A stretch of DNA of 64,000 nucleotides from Gammaproteobacteria bacterium (GTDB lineage Bacteria > Pseudomonadota > Gammaproteobacteria > GCA-001735895), in assembly GCA_050298595.1 (NCBI GenBank), contig JBNKUM010000094.1, forward strand, positions 160,001 to 224,000. Direction: 5' to 3'. The notes below the pieces were generated by a model. That model had not been told where the DNA came from, made no database searches, and saw only the letters and a program-made list of their open reading frames with translations. This document shows positions 21,507 to 30,883 of this stretch, one piece after another. Position 1 is the first letter of the stretch; the number at the start of each line of letters is the position of its first letter. Position numbers and translations under genes: made by a program.

Positions 21507-22328
21507 ATGTTTGAAAAATTAGACATAACAAAATTGACTGAGACCTACGTTATACCCTGGGGTATCAATATTGCGCTTGCTCTGCTTGTCTTTCTGGTTG
21601 GTAAATTTATCGTCAATCTTTTAACCGGTCTGTTACGCAAAGTTCTAACCAAATCGAAGATGGATTCAATTCTGGTTGAATTCGTATCATCTATTTTCAA
21701 AACTGTCCTGATGCTGTTTGTGGTGATAGCCGCACTAGATCGTTTAGGGGTTGAAACAACTTCTCTTATCGCATTGTTAGGTGCTGCTGGACTGGCTATT
21801 GGCCTGGCGCTTCAGGGTTCTTTGCAGAATTTTGCAGCAGGTGTCATGCTGATTGTTTTTAGACCGTTCAAGGCAGGTGATTTTGTCGAAGCTGGTGGAG
21901 TAGCCGGTGTGGTGGAATCAATCAGTATCTTTAGTTCAATTTTTCGCACCGGTGATAATCGCGAAGTGATTATTCCTAACGGTTCTATCTATGGTGGCAC
22001 CATTACTAACTATTCGGCGCGCGCGACCCGTCGTATAGATATGGTATTTGGTATTGGCTATGACGATGACATCAAGAAAGCCAAGGAACTGCTGCAGAAG
22101 GTAGTGACGTCTGATGAAAGAGTGCTGGCTGATCCAGCTCCGGTGATTGCAGTCTCTGAACTGGCGGATTCTTCGGTTAACTTTGTGGTTCGACCCTGGG
22201 TTAATACAGCTGATTACTGGGCGGTGTTATGGGATTTAACTGAGAAGGTTAAGCTGGAATTTGATGCCAATGGCGTATCTATTCCTTATCCTCAGATGGA
22301 TGTGCACCATCCTGACAAGGCTGCTTAA
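21507..22328 (+). CDS. mscS: Small-conductance mechanosensitive channel
   Basis: GAAGLAIGLALQGSLQNFAAG, RPFKAGD, IPYPQ. Confidence 0.93.
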   Translation: MFEKLDITKLTETYVIPWGINIALALLVFLVGKFIVNLLTGLLRKVLTKSKMDSILVEFVSSIFKTVLMLFVVIAALDRLGVETTSLIALLGAAGLAIGLALQGSLQNFAAGVMLIVFRPFKAGDFVEAGGVAGVVESISIFSSIFRTGDNREVIIPNGSIYGGTITNYSARATRRIDMVFGIGYDDDIKKAKELLQKVVTSDERVLADPAPVIAVSELADSSVNFVVRPWVNTADYWAVLWDLTEKVKLEFDANGVSIPYPQMDVHHPDKAA

Positions 22329-22349
22329 TTTATTTTAGGTAGATAAATT

Positions 22350-22384
22350 AAGCCCTGCTCATGTAGTATGAGTGGGGCTTTTTT
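22350..22384. terminator. Rho-independent terminator between convergent genes
   Basis: AAGCCCTGCTCAT-loop-ATGAGTGGGGCTTTTTT. Confidence 0.75.
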
Positions 22385-22396
22385 ATGGGAGATTAT

Positions 22397-23092
22397 TTAG
22401 TCATCCTTAAGTGCGAAATCTACTGCAGCCTGAGCGTGTATGGCAGTAGTATCAAATAATGGAATACTGGTATCTGACTGTTTAACCAGTGAGGTTATTT
22501 CAGTGCAGCCAGCGATAATGCACTCAGCTCCCTTATTTACCAGGTCGTCGATAATGTTCAGGTAGTTCTGACGTGAAACCTTGTTAATTTCGCCATGACA
22601 CAATTCATTAAAAATCACTTCATCAACGAGCTTGCAGGATTCGTCGTCGGGAATAATCACTTCTAAACCATTATCCTGTAGATGTGATTTATAGTAATCC
22701 ATCTGCATGGTAAAACGGGTACCCAGTAATCCCGTCGAGCTGTAACCCTGACCCTTGATAGCTTTAGCGGTAGCATCGGCTATATGCAGAATCGGGATGT
22801 GAATATATTCCTGAATGATCGGTACCGAGATATGCATAGTGTTAGTGCCAATGATTAAAAAGTCAGCGCCAGCCTGCTGCAGCTTTAATGCCTGCTGCGC
22901 AAGTATCTCTCCAGCCTCATCCCATGCGCCCTTTTTTTGCAGTTCAGCGATTTCGGCAAAATCCACACTGGACATTAAAATCCTGGCGCTATGAAAACCG
23001 CCCAGTCGTTGCTGTATCCCTTCATTTAACAACTGGTAATACAGGGCACTGCTGTGCCAGCTCATGCCGGCCAGTAATCCTATCGCTTTCAT
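22397..23092 (-). CDS. Aspartate/glutamate racemase family protein (YgeA-like)
   Basis: IGLLAGMSW, TNTMH, LLGTRFTM, GCTEI. Confidence 0.9.
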   Translation of the reverse strand: MKAIGLLAGMSWHSSALYYQLLNEGIQQRLGGFHSARILMSSVDFAEIAELQKKGAWDEAGEILAQQALKLQQAGADFLIIGTNTMHISVPIIQEYIHIPILHIADATAKAIKGQGYSSTGLLGTRFTMQMDYYKSHLQDNGLEVIIPDDESCKLVDEVIFNELCHGEINKVSRQNYLNIIDDLVNKGAECIIAGCTEITSLVKQSDTSIPLFDTTAIHAQAAVDFALKDD

Positions 23093-23763
23093 ATGGTTTG
23101 CTCCGCTTTTAATATGGGCAGAATTTCATCAAAGGTATGAATCGCCTGAAAATGCTCAACGTCTTTTTTGGCTGCCTTCGAGTCAGGTTGATAGATCGCA
23201 AGCAGATTGGCGATGCCGTATTGCTCGGCAGACTTCAACACGTTCAAATTATCATCTACCAGCAGTGTGCGCATACGATCAAATGGATGGATTCTATTCA
23301 CCTCATCCCAGCAGGCAATGTTTTCCTTAGGCAGGGAAAACTCATGTACGGTAATCATTCGGTCGAATTTATGTGCCAGGCCGGTTTTGTCCATCTTCAG
23401 GTTCAGACTGTCGTGGTGTGCATTAGTCACCATCACAATGTCTTTTTCGGCGGCTTTCAGCCCATCCAGAAATTCATGGCAAAAAGGCACTTCCTGCACC
23501 CGGTGACGTACCTCGTGTTTAAGCGCTACCACATCTATACCCAGTGCCTCGGTCCAGTAAGTGGTGCTGTACCATTCCAGCGTGCCCTCCAGGGCGCGAG
23601 TCTTTGCATTGATGGATGCTTTGGCCTGCTCTGGGTCGAGACCAAACTCCTGCGCATAACGTTCAGGCAGGTATTCCAGCCAGAAGTAATTATCGAAATT
23701 CAAATCCAGCAAAGTGCCATCCATGTCCAGTAGCACGGTATCAATCTGGGTCCAGTTGAGCAT
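23089..23763 (-). CDS. yrfG: GMP/IMP nucleotidase (HAD family)
   Basis: LLDMDGTLLDLNFDNYFW; divergent from nudE. Confidence 0.92.
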   Translation of the reverse strand: MLNWTQIDTVLLDMDGTLLDLNFDNYFWLEYLPERYAQEFGLDPEQAKASINAKTRALEGTLEWYSTTYWTEALGIDVVALKHEVRHRVQEVPFCHEFLDGLKAAEKDIVMVTNAHHDSLNLKMDKTGLAHKFDRMITVHEFSLPKENIACWDEVNRIHPFDRMRTLLVDDNLNVLKSAEQYGIANLLAIYQPDSKAAKKDVEHFQAIHTFDEILPILKAEQTI

Positions 23764-23827
23764 AGTTATCAGTGATCATTTTTAAAGAGGTTATAATCGC
23801 ATAATTAAGTGAGGGCCTGTTAACACT

Positions 23828-24379
23828 ATGAAGCAAAAACCTGAAATCAAACGTATTACAGAATTGGCAAAGTCACGCCTGTTCGCCATACAGCAGCTGG
23901 ATTTACAGTTTTCTAATGGAGTACAGGTTCAGTTTGAACGCATCAAGGCGAATGCCGGGCGAGCAGTGATGGTGGCGGCGATTACCGCCCAGAATGAGAT
24001 TATTCTGATACGCGAATATGCTGCGGGAACCGAGCGTTACGAGTTGCAATTACCCAAGGGTATAGTGGAGCCGGATGAAGATAGCATACAGGCGGCTAAC
24101 CGCGAGCTATCGGAAGAGACGGGTTATGCGGGCAGGGTGTCTAAAATGTTGCAGACTCTGCGTGTCTCTCCTGGTTATTTTCAACATGAAACCGATCTGG
24201 TGATGTTGACGGAGCTGTTTGAAAACAAACTGGAAAGTGGTGATGAGCCAGAGCCACCAGAAGTGATCAAATACCCATTGGCAAAAGTGGATGAACTGCT
24301 GGGTCGAGATGACTTTAGCGAGTCGCGCAGTATTGCCGGGTTGTTGCTGGTGATGCGAGAGCTGCGTATTCCAGGTTAA
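23828..24379 (+). CDS. nudE: ADP compounds hydrolase
   Basis: SRLFAIQQLDLQFSNG, Nudix box ANRELSEETG, GDEPEP. Confidence 0.92.
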   Translation: MKQKPEIKRITELAKSRLFAIQQLDLQFSNGVQVQFERIKANAGRAVMVAAITAQNEIILIREYAAGTERYELQLPKGIVEPDEDSIQAANRELSEETGYAGRVSKMLQTLRVSPGYFQHETDLVMLTELFENKLESGDEPEPPEVIKYPLAKVDELLGRDDFSESRSIAGLLLVMRELRIPG

Positions 24380-25440
24380 TCAATCAGTCCCGCTTCTTTC
24401 TCAAATTTCTTTAACACGATCCCCTCCGAACCACAGCAACTGGCAGTACATTTATTCATCCGTTTAACTTCATCAGCAGACTTACCCAGCCAGTCATCCA
24501 CAGTGGCGTTTTCAGAGGCGCAATCGCAGCTGATATCAGTATGAGCATACACATGCTTCAAACCGATCTCACTCGCCTGTTGAGCGGCTATGTCGATGAT
24601 TTCATGCGGGGTTTGCGGTACATGCGATAACTGATACGCCGGGAAGAATTTGGTGACATGCCAGGGGCTATCCTCACCCAGGTTATCGCGTATCCATTCG
24701 GCAATGGCCTTTAACTCAGCCGGGTCATCATTCTTACCAGGAATAACATTGGTACGCGTTTCGACATGTATACCCAGGTCGTGCGCCTTTTTGATCGATG
24801 CTAGTACCTGGCGCACATCACTCACCGGGCACACATCTTTATAAAACTCATCCGACAGACTTTTAATATCCGAACACAAAACATCGATATAGGGAGCCAC
24901 CTCTTCCAGTGCCTCGTTGGTAACAAAGCTATTGGATACATAAACCGTGTACAGCCCCGCCTCCTTTGCCAGCTTGCCGACATCGATAACATACTCCATC
25001 CACACTGCCGGTTCTGAATAGGTGAATGCAATACCATCAGCACCATGCTTTTTCGCCAGCTCGATAATCTCTTCTGGCTTTACCCAGGCATCGGTGGACT
25101 CACCGCGTGCCAGCTTGTCCAGAGCTTCCACGCCCCATGAGATATCGAGGTTATGGCAACCCTTGCAACGGAAGTTACAGCCATAGCTACCGATAGACAT
25201 CACCCTGGAGCCGGGACGATAGTGATACACGGGCTTATTCTCTATAGCCTCTACATCAATGGCTGAGATAATGCCGTAAGAAAGGTTATACAGGGTTCCG
25301 TGACGGTTAACATGAGACTGGCAAAAACCACGCTGGCCATGACGCAGGTGGCAGCGCCACAGGCACAGGTTACACACGGTATCACCGTTATCCAGTGGGG
25401 TTTGCAGGCGAGTCTCAATCAGTTGGTAATTTTCAGGCAT
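24376..25440 (-). CDS. amrS: AmmeMemoRadiSam system radical SAM enzyme
   Basis: N-terminal CxxCxxxC...GFC, CNFRCKGC, AFTYSEP, FFPAYQL. Confidence 0.85.
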   Translation of the reverse strand: MPENYQLIETRLQTPLDNGDTVCNLCLWRCHLRHGQRGFCQSHVNRHGTLYNLSYGIISAIDVEAIENKPVYHYRPGSRVMSIGSYGCNFRCKGCHNLDISWGVEALDKLARGESTDAWVKPEEIIELAKKHGADGIAFTYSEPAVWMEYVIDVGKLAKEAGLYTVYVSNSFVTNEALEEVAPYIDVLCSDIKSLSDEFYKDVCPVSDVRQVLASIKKAHDLGIHVETRTNVIPGKNDDPAELKAIAEWIRDNLGEDSPWHVTKFFPAYQLSHVPQTPHEIIDIAAQQASEIGLKHVYAHTDISCDCASENATVDDWLGKSADEVKRMNKCTASCCGSEGIVLKKFEKEAGLID

Positions 25441-25576
25441 GGAATAAATCCGGGGTTGGGGATGTCATGTTTCTATCTGACTCTAACACAGAATCAGCAA
25501 ACTTGTTTGTTGTGTAAAAGATGATCAATAATAGTCAGTTATAGCCATATATTAAACATATTGTAAAAGAGGTCTT

Positions 25577-26083
25577 ATGAAAAAGTTACTGCTAAGTGTT
25601 CTGTTTTTATTCGGTTTTTCACTGAATGCACAGGCACAGGAAATGTTCGAGCTATCCGAAAACTGCTCTGAAGACGTCATGAATATGATCAAGTGCAAGG
25701 TAGCTGAAGATGTTTCAGCTGATGACGCCATCGACTCCATGAAGCTACGCGCCAACTTTCTGAATTTTAAACTGGTAGGGCATATGCCATTATCAGAGCA
25801 GGTAAAGGCCAACGGTGGCGAATCCAACCGTATGGAAATCTTCCAGTTCTGCGATGCTAATATCGCCGCCAAAATGGTCAGGTACAGCATGGCATTCGCA
25901 GGCTATCTGCCCTGCCGAATCTCACTGGTACTGGATGACAAGGGCCAGGCCTGGCTGATCACTCTGAATATGGACAAAACCATGGGCGATGCCTCCTTAC
26001 CCAAAGAGTTACAGGGGCTAGGCATGAAGGTCAGAAACAATATCTACTCGATCATTACTGCCGGTGCAGAAGGCGATCTGTAA
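25577..26083 (+). CDS. DUF302 domain periplasmic protein
   Basis: Signal peptide; EIFQFCD and YLPCRI motifs. Confidence 0.8.
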   Translation: MKKLLLSVLFLFGFSLNAQAQEMFELSENCSEDVMNMIKCKVAEDVSADDAIDSMKLRANFLNFKLVGHMPLSEQVKANGGESNRMEIFQFCDANIAAKMVRYSMAFAGYLPCRISLVLDDKGQAWLITLNMDKTMGDASLPKELQGLGMKVRNNIYSIITAGAEGDL

Positions 26084-26113
26084 GTAGCCCCTAAGAAAGT
26101 GCGGCAAAGGCCA

Positions 26114-26187
26114 GAGCCGCACAACTCTAGTTAATACTTGCTTCGAGACAGTCAAAATACCCAGGTAGCTCAGTTGGTAAAACAGAG
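26114..26187 (+). pseudogene. Degenerate duplicate of the tRNA-Phe promoter/leader and 5' end
   Basis: GAGCCGCACAACTCTA...GCTTCGAGACAGTCAAAAT-CCCAGGTAGCTCAGTTGGTA matches 27597-27692 with an internal deletion. Confidence 0.8.
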
Positions 26188-26562
26188 AAGGGTTAAAATA
26201 TTTCTCACAAAATCAATTGCTTATCGGCCCCTGGGTTCATAACAATTTTCATGTGGTAAAAAATCTGAAAAGGTCCGCCGACATGTTGCACGCTATTGGC
26301 GGAAAATGCTCAATAATTGCGATCAAGAAGGCCTGTCGCCAGAGAAGTATTCCAGAAAGACAGGATACTCTATCCTTTACAGCGACCAGAGCTAGTGATT
26401 CCATATTCGAAGCTACAAGCGGTTGCTGTGTGGTGAACTAATGATTGAAGAGCTTAGTACGCTAGCAGTGGTGCACCGAAAGCTGATCATAAGGATGATA
26501 ATCCGCGCGTAACGTTCTATGGGAATTGGCGGCGGGTGACTGCTTACAATGCCCGGCTGTGA

Positions 26563-26701
26563 TGTAAAGTTTCCTGACAAATCATCAATCAAAACCGTAA
26601 AAAATTTTTACATTTTAGGTGGTAAAAAATTCACTATATTGAAGTTCAAGGTAAAATTTGGCTTGACATCTAGGTAGTGTTTATGCTGGCTTAATTCTTG
26701 C
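26563..26701 (+). promoter_or_regulatory. Two PEP-CTERM-box-like enhancer sites and a sigma54 promoter
   Basis: TGTAAAGTTTCCTGACA 26563-26579, CGTAAAAAATTTTTACA 26596-26612, TGGC-N7-TTGC 26687-26701. Confidence 0.65.
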
Positions 26702-26738
26702 CTTATATATTATGTCGTAAACGAAAAAGGGTATATTC

Positions 26739-27428
26739 ATGAAAAATGTATTAAAAAATATTTTATTTCTTGGACTGATTTACTCTGGAATTTCTAGTGC
26801 GGTTATAATTGATTTTGCTGGGGGGACAGCTTACTTATCAGATGGTACAAGTGTTTCAACAAGCGATACCATGTCTCCACTTTATTATAGTAATGTGGAT
26901 TACTATATTGAAGATGGGGTTAAATTTGACTTTGTCGGGGGGTATGGAATTGTTGGTCGCTACTATGATTCATTCAGCCATCCAGAAATAGAGAACAGTG
27001 TTATCCATGCACACTGGAATGCAGTAAAATCGATGGTTATTTCTATGGTCGATGGCTCGCTGTTTGATTTAAATTATATAGACTTAACCTCTAATACAAC
27101 TGTAGGAGGAGGGACAGCAACTGGAACTGAGCTTTCTTATATTTCTACAAATAGTGGCGATTCTGAGCTACTTCCTTCAAGTGATTGGGGTATTGACTAT
27201 ATATCTACTGGGGCAGCTGGTGATGGCATTGAACGGTTGTTTTTAGGTAATGAGTTTGATGGACTGTTGTCAGCTACTTTTACATCTGATAATGCATACT
27301 GTTTTGGTTTAGATAACTTTTATATTAATGAACCAGCACCTCCAATTCCTGAGCCAGCAATTATTTCTCTGTTTGTCCTGGGGCTGGCAGGATTAGGCTT
27401 ATCTCGTAGAAGAAAGATCATGAAGTAA
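26739..27428 (+). CDS. PEP-CTERM sorting domain protein
   Basis: Signal peptide; C-terminal IPEPAIISLFVLGLAGLGLSRRRK. Confidence 0.92.
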   Translation: MKNVLKNILFLGLIYSGISSAVIIDFAGGTAYLSDGTSVSTSDTMSPLYYSNVDYYIEDGVKFDFVGGYGIVGRYYDSFSHPEIENSVIHAHWNAVKSMVISMVDGSLFDLNYIDLTSNTTVGGGTATGTELSYISTNSGDSELLPSSDWGIDYISTGAAGDGIERLFLGNEFDGLLSATFTSDNAYCFGLDNFYINEPAPPIPEPAIISLFVLGLAGLGLSRRRKIMK

Positions 27429-27459
27429 TTGCTATTCCTGGTATAGCTGTTTTATTTAT

Positions 27460-27487
27460 CAAGCCGCCTCAATTTTGGGGTGGCTTG
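27460..27487 (+). terminator. Hairpin terminator after the PEP-CTERM gene
   Basis: CAAGCCGCCTC-loop-GGGGTGGCTTG. Confidence 0.55.
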
Positions 27488-27589
27488 TATCTTATCTAAA
27501 AATGTCCATAACCTTCAGAATCAAATGTCCAGTAAAGTGCGGATATTTTTAATGATCAGTTTTTTTATATTATGATTTTTAAAACTGAC

Positions 27590-27618
27590 TTGACTCGAGC
27601 CGCACAACTCTATTTAAT
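27590..27618 (+). promoter_or_regulatory. sigma70 promoter of tRNA-Phe
   Basis: TTGACT-17 bp-TTTAAT followed by GC-rich discriminator ACGCGC. Confidence 0.65.
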
Positions 27619-27669
27619 ACGCGCTTTCCAAAATTCTGAATCGAACACTCGCTTCGAGACAGTCAAAAT

Positions 27670-27745
27670 GCCCAGGTAGCTCAGTCGGTAGAGCAGGGGA
27701 CTGAAAATCCCCGTGTCGGTGGTTCGATTCCGCCCCTGGGCACCA
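27670..27745 (+). tRNA. tRNA-Phe(GAA)
   Basis: Canonical 76-nt cloverleaf, CTGAAAA anticodon loop, encoded CCA. Confidence 0.98.
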
Positions 27746-28600
27746 TTCTAAACCGTAAATCCATCACTATCGAAGCCTTGTTAATATTCGTTCATCCATC
27801 TGGAATCGAACAGAATGTTTGTCGGTGGTTCGATAATTCGGGTCATCCTTGACCCTCACCCTACAGGCTCGCTATGCTCGTGCGAAATTCGTTCCAGACG
27901 AATTTGTCCGCCCCTGGGCACCATTTTATATATTTATCTCTTAATTTTCGAAGCCCTGCTATTCACTAAATACCGTGCATGGAATCGAACAGCATTTTTG
28001 TCGGTGGTTAGATTGTTTGACTCATCCCTGAGCCAAATCCTGCGGACTCGCTATCGCTCACGTTAGCCTGTTCCGGGCAGGCTAATCCGCCCCAGGGCAC
28101 CATTTATAACCTACCCCTATCATCGCGACAGAAAACAGCTCCTGCGTTTTCTGCATACATACCATCCATGGCAATAACCGAAGCGTGGCAGGAGTGATAC
28201 AGGGATGTATCGTTTACGGAACCAAGGGAAGCCATCTTATTTCGAAGCCCTGCTATTCACCAAAGACTGTGCTTGGAATCGAACAGCATTATTGTCGGTA
28301 GTTAGATTGTTTGACTCATCCATGGGCCAAATCGTTATTACACTCATCCCTGGGTTCCACCCTTCGGCTGTTCAAATTTAATCCCGATAAATTTGTCGGA
28401 CTCTCTATCGCTCACGTTAGCCAGTTCCGGACAGGCTAATCCGCCCCTAGGTACCATTTATAACCTACCCCTGTCATCGCGACAGAAAACAGCTCCTGGT
28501 TTTCTGCATACATACCATCCATGGCAATAACCCAAGCGCGGCAGGAGTGATACAGGGAAGTATCGTTTACGGAACAAAGGGAAGCCATCTTAATTCTGAG
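27746..28600 (+). repeat. tRNA-Phe-linked tandem repeats, each with an interrupted tRNA 3' half
   Basis: Three copies of TGTCGGTRGTT-[insert]-TCCGCCC...GGYACCA ending at about 27923, 28102 and 28456; shared CGAAGCC...TGGAATCGAACAG spacer; block of about 140 bp duplicated at about 28103 and 28457. Confidence 0.85.
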
Positions 28601-28735
28601 GCCTCGATCTTTCCTATCATCGTGCCATTCAAATATACTTGTTCCTGGATACTCTGAAAAAACCAAAATGAATAAATAAGTGTATTTAGTAAACTGTCAC
28701 CGTAATTTCGCACTGGGGAAGTTGGGCTTTTCCAG

Positions 28736-29205
28736 TTGAAATGGCAAGAATATTCCACTAACGATGTTCGCAAACTGCGAAGCAAAGCCTCAAATCTCTC
28801 GGCCGAATTGATTGACTGGTCTGAGAAGGTAGAATCCTGGATTGAAGAGAATGGAACCTCGGCACTAGGCAAGTCTATGAGGCTCAAACAAAAGCGCCGC
28901 GAGGTGGTGAAGAGAGTACTTCTCTTCGCCATTTCGAAATCTTCTGTTCGGACTTTGGGCTACGGCGTAAAGACTATACTCCTTGCTTAGCCATGGCAGT
29001 ATGGCCCCAGTTCGTGCGTGCCCGCTTAGAAGTAGGGCCCTCCGAGCAGCCGCTGCAAGAGATTCATGCGCAGCTAGTCAATGAGTACGACGAGGTTCCA
29101 ATCATCCAACCGATGTCGGCGTCGATTCGAGTGGCTGATATAACAATACACATTCATGATCTTTGGAATCGAACTGATGGTCCCATGCCAGGGGAGCAGG
29201 TGTGA
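28736..29205 (+). pseudogene. Probably frameshifted hypothetical cassette gene
   Basis: The frame of 28993-29205 stays open upstream (STSLRHFEIFCSDFGLRRKDYTPCLA) and overlaps ORF 28736-28990. Confidence 0.4.
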
Positions 29206-29209
29206 TGCC

Positions 29210-29270
29210 GTCAAACAAACAGAACAACTACGCGCCTTCGGCGCAGGACGCAGCGTTCCGCTGTGCGTGT
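29210..29270 (+). mobile_element. Truncated attC-like site
   Basis: GTCAAAC-AAACAGAACAACTACGCGCCTTCGGCGCAGGACGCAGC...GCTG directly after a stop codon. Confidence 0.4.
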
Positions 29271-29473
29271 TTTAAACAGTCTGTCCAAACAGCAGACTTT
29301 CAGGGGGTGGCTGATTTATACCCGATGTGTTGATAAAACTACCGTTGATTATTTTGTCATTGAATGAGAGCATATTGCTGCATATCACAAAATTTTAGCA
29401 GTTGCCAATATGCTTAATGCTGTATCTTTGCAGTCAGCTGTAGATGTAAAAAATAATAAATTGGAGACCAAAT

Positions 29474-29869
29474 GTGTCGAGAATAACAAAATGGTTATTG
29501 TTTGGAGTGGTATGCAGTTTACTTCCCATACTATTTAAAGTCATCACCTATGTTACTCGAGGGCAGAATATTGAACTCACAATTTTGGTAGAACATGGTG
29601 AGTTGTTTTTAATATCTACTGCAATAGCCGCTACTGGCTTGGGCGAGTTGGTAACAGAAGGACCAAAGCCAACTACCGGTGTAATACTTACAGCATTTTC
29701 ATCTTTTGCTCTAACGGCAGTTTCAGCTTATTGGTTTTCTGATTTAAATAATGCAGCACAGGTGGATCTAAATAATATCGTTAATGCATCAGTCACAATT
29801 TTCCTTGTGTCTTTGATAAGTACATTTATATGTTTTAAACAGACGGAGGTCCCAGCATGGAGAATCTAA
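29474..29869 (+). CDS. Hypothetical membrane protein (about 4 TM helices)
   Basis: GGAG RBS, hydrophobic helices, AT-rich. Confidence 0.7.
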   Translation: MSRITKWLLFGVVCSLLPILFKVITYVTRGQNIELTILVEHGELFLISTAIAATGLGELVTEGPKPTTGVILTAFSSFALTAVSAYWFSDLNNAAQVDLNNIVNASVTIFLVSLISTFICFKQTEVPAWRI

Positions 29870-30303
29870 CAATTTTGTATCCTGTTATCTTCGGATTAAT
29901 CTCAATTTTTGGTTTATTTCTTACTAAAAATAAAAATTCAAAAATTGAGTCGCACCTTAAGAGTATAAAGAATAACTTTATTGGTTTTCAGTCCACAGAA
30001 AGCAATGATAGTGATATTTCTGAGAAAGCGAAAGATATTGTATGGGAATTAGAAGAATCGTTGGCTGATATTAAGGAAGCTGTTGTTCAAATTGGAAACA
30101 ATCTATTTATCAAGAAATTAGGGCAAAGGGGTCCCGAAATAATTTATTTTAATCTTGAGCCAAAAATTTCAGGATTCATAAAGGATAATCCGAATCTTTT
30201 GAGGCATCCTGATAAAATCTATGAAGTTGTTATCTCAATGAGGATGGAGAAGCAATCATTAGAACGTGACCCAAAAGATAGTATAAAGATAATGAATAAC
30301 TAG
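29857..30303 (+). CDS. Hypothetical protein with N-terminal TM helix
   Basis: GGAGG RBS; overlaps the upstream ORF. Confidence 0.7.
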   Translation: MENLTILYPVIFGLISIFGLFLTKNKNSKIESHLKSIKNNFIGFQSTESNDSDISEKAKDIVWELEESLADIKEAVVQIGNNLFIKKLGQRGPEIIYFNLEPKISGFIKDNPNLLRHPDKIYEVVISMRMEKQSLERDPKDSIKIMNN

Positions 30304-30427
30304 CCAATTTGATCTTCTGAACTCAAACTTTGAATGTCGGTTCATGGTCAAGACTGTGTGAAAAGTCAAAGATTGGTATAATAGTTCATTACAACCACCG
30401 GGTCATTGTGAACGACCGCTTATTTGA

Positions 30428-30596
30428 CAGGCTGTGTGAAAACTATTTTCAATTTTTTAAAGTGGTTTTGAACAGTCTAAAACTGGCAAATGCTCATGCC
30501 ATTGTGGGTTTTATACGCTGATAATTCATCATTAAACTGGCTGGTGTAGGAAATATTTTTTGAATTTCATTTTTCTTTGAGTTTTTACACAGCCTG
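30428..30596. mobile_element. MITE with IS1182-like terminal inverted repeats
   Basis: CAGGCTGTGTGAAAACT and AGTTTTTACACAGCCTG form a 17-bp inverted repeat with one mismatch; further related ends at about 30352 and 29270. Confidence 0.65.
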
Positions 30597-30671
30597 TTGA
30601 CTTACCTGTCATTCCCTACGCCCTAGGGGTCAGGTCTAGCTTTTAGCCTATCAATCTGATAGTGTTTATCC

Positions 30672-30880
30672 ATGTCCAGACCTTTACGATTAGAATTCCC
30701 CGAAGCACTCTACCATCTCACCTCCAGAGGGGGTCGTCGTGAAAATATTTATGAAGACGATGAAGATAGCCTGGCTTTTCTAGAAGTGTTTTCATCTGTC
30801 ATCGAGCAGTTCAACTGGGTGTGTTATGCCTATTGCCTGATGAGCAATCATTACCATCTTCTGGTTCAGGCCCCCGATGC
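30672..30880 (+). pseudogene. Truncated REP-associated tyrosine transposase (RAYT), 5' part
   Basis: MSRPLRLEFPEALYHLTSRG...AYCLMSNHYHLL (HUH motif), cut by a GGGTCAG repeat. Confidence 0.85.
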
Positions 30881-30883
30881 TCA

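Noticed and set aside
27746-28600. CRISPR array
   Set aside because: The repeats are tRNA-derived and irregularly spaced, the spacers are homologous to each other, and there are no cas genes
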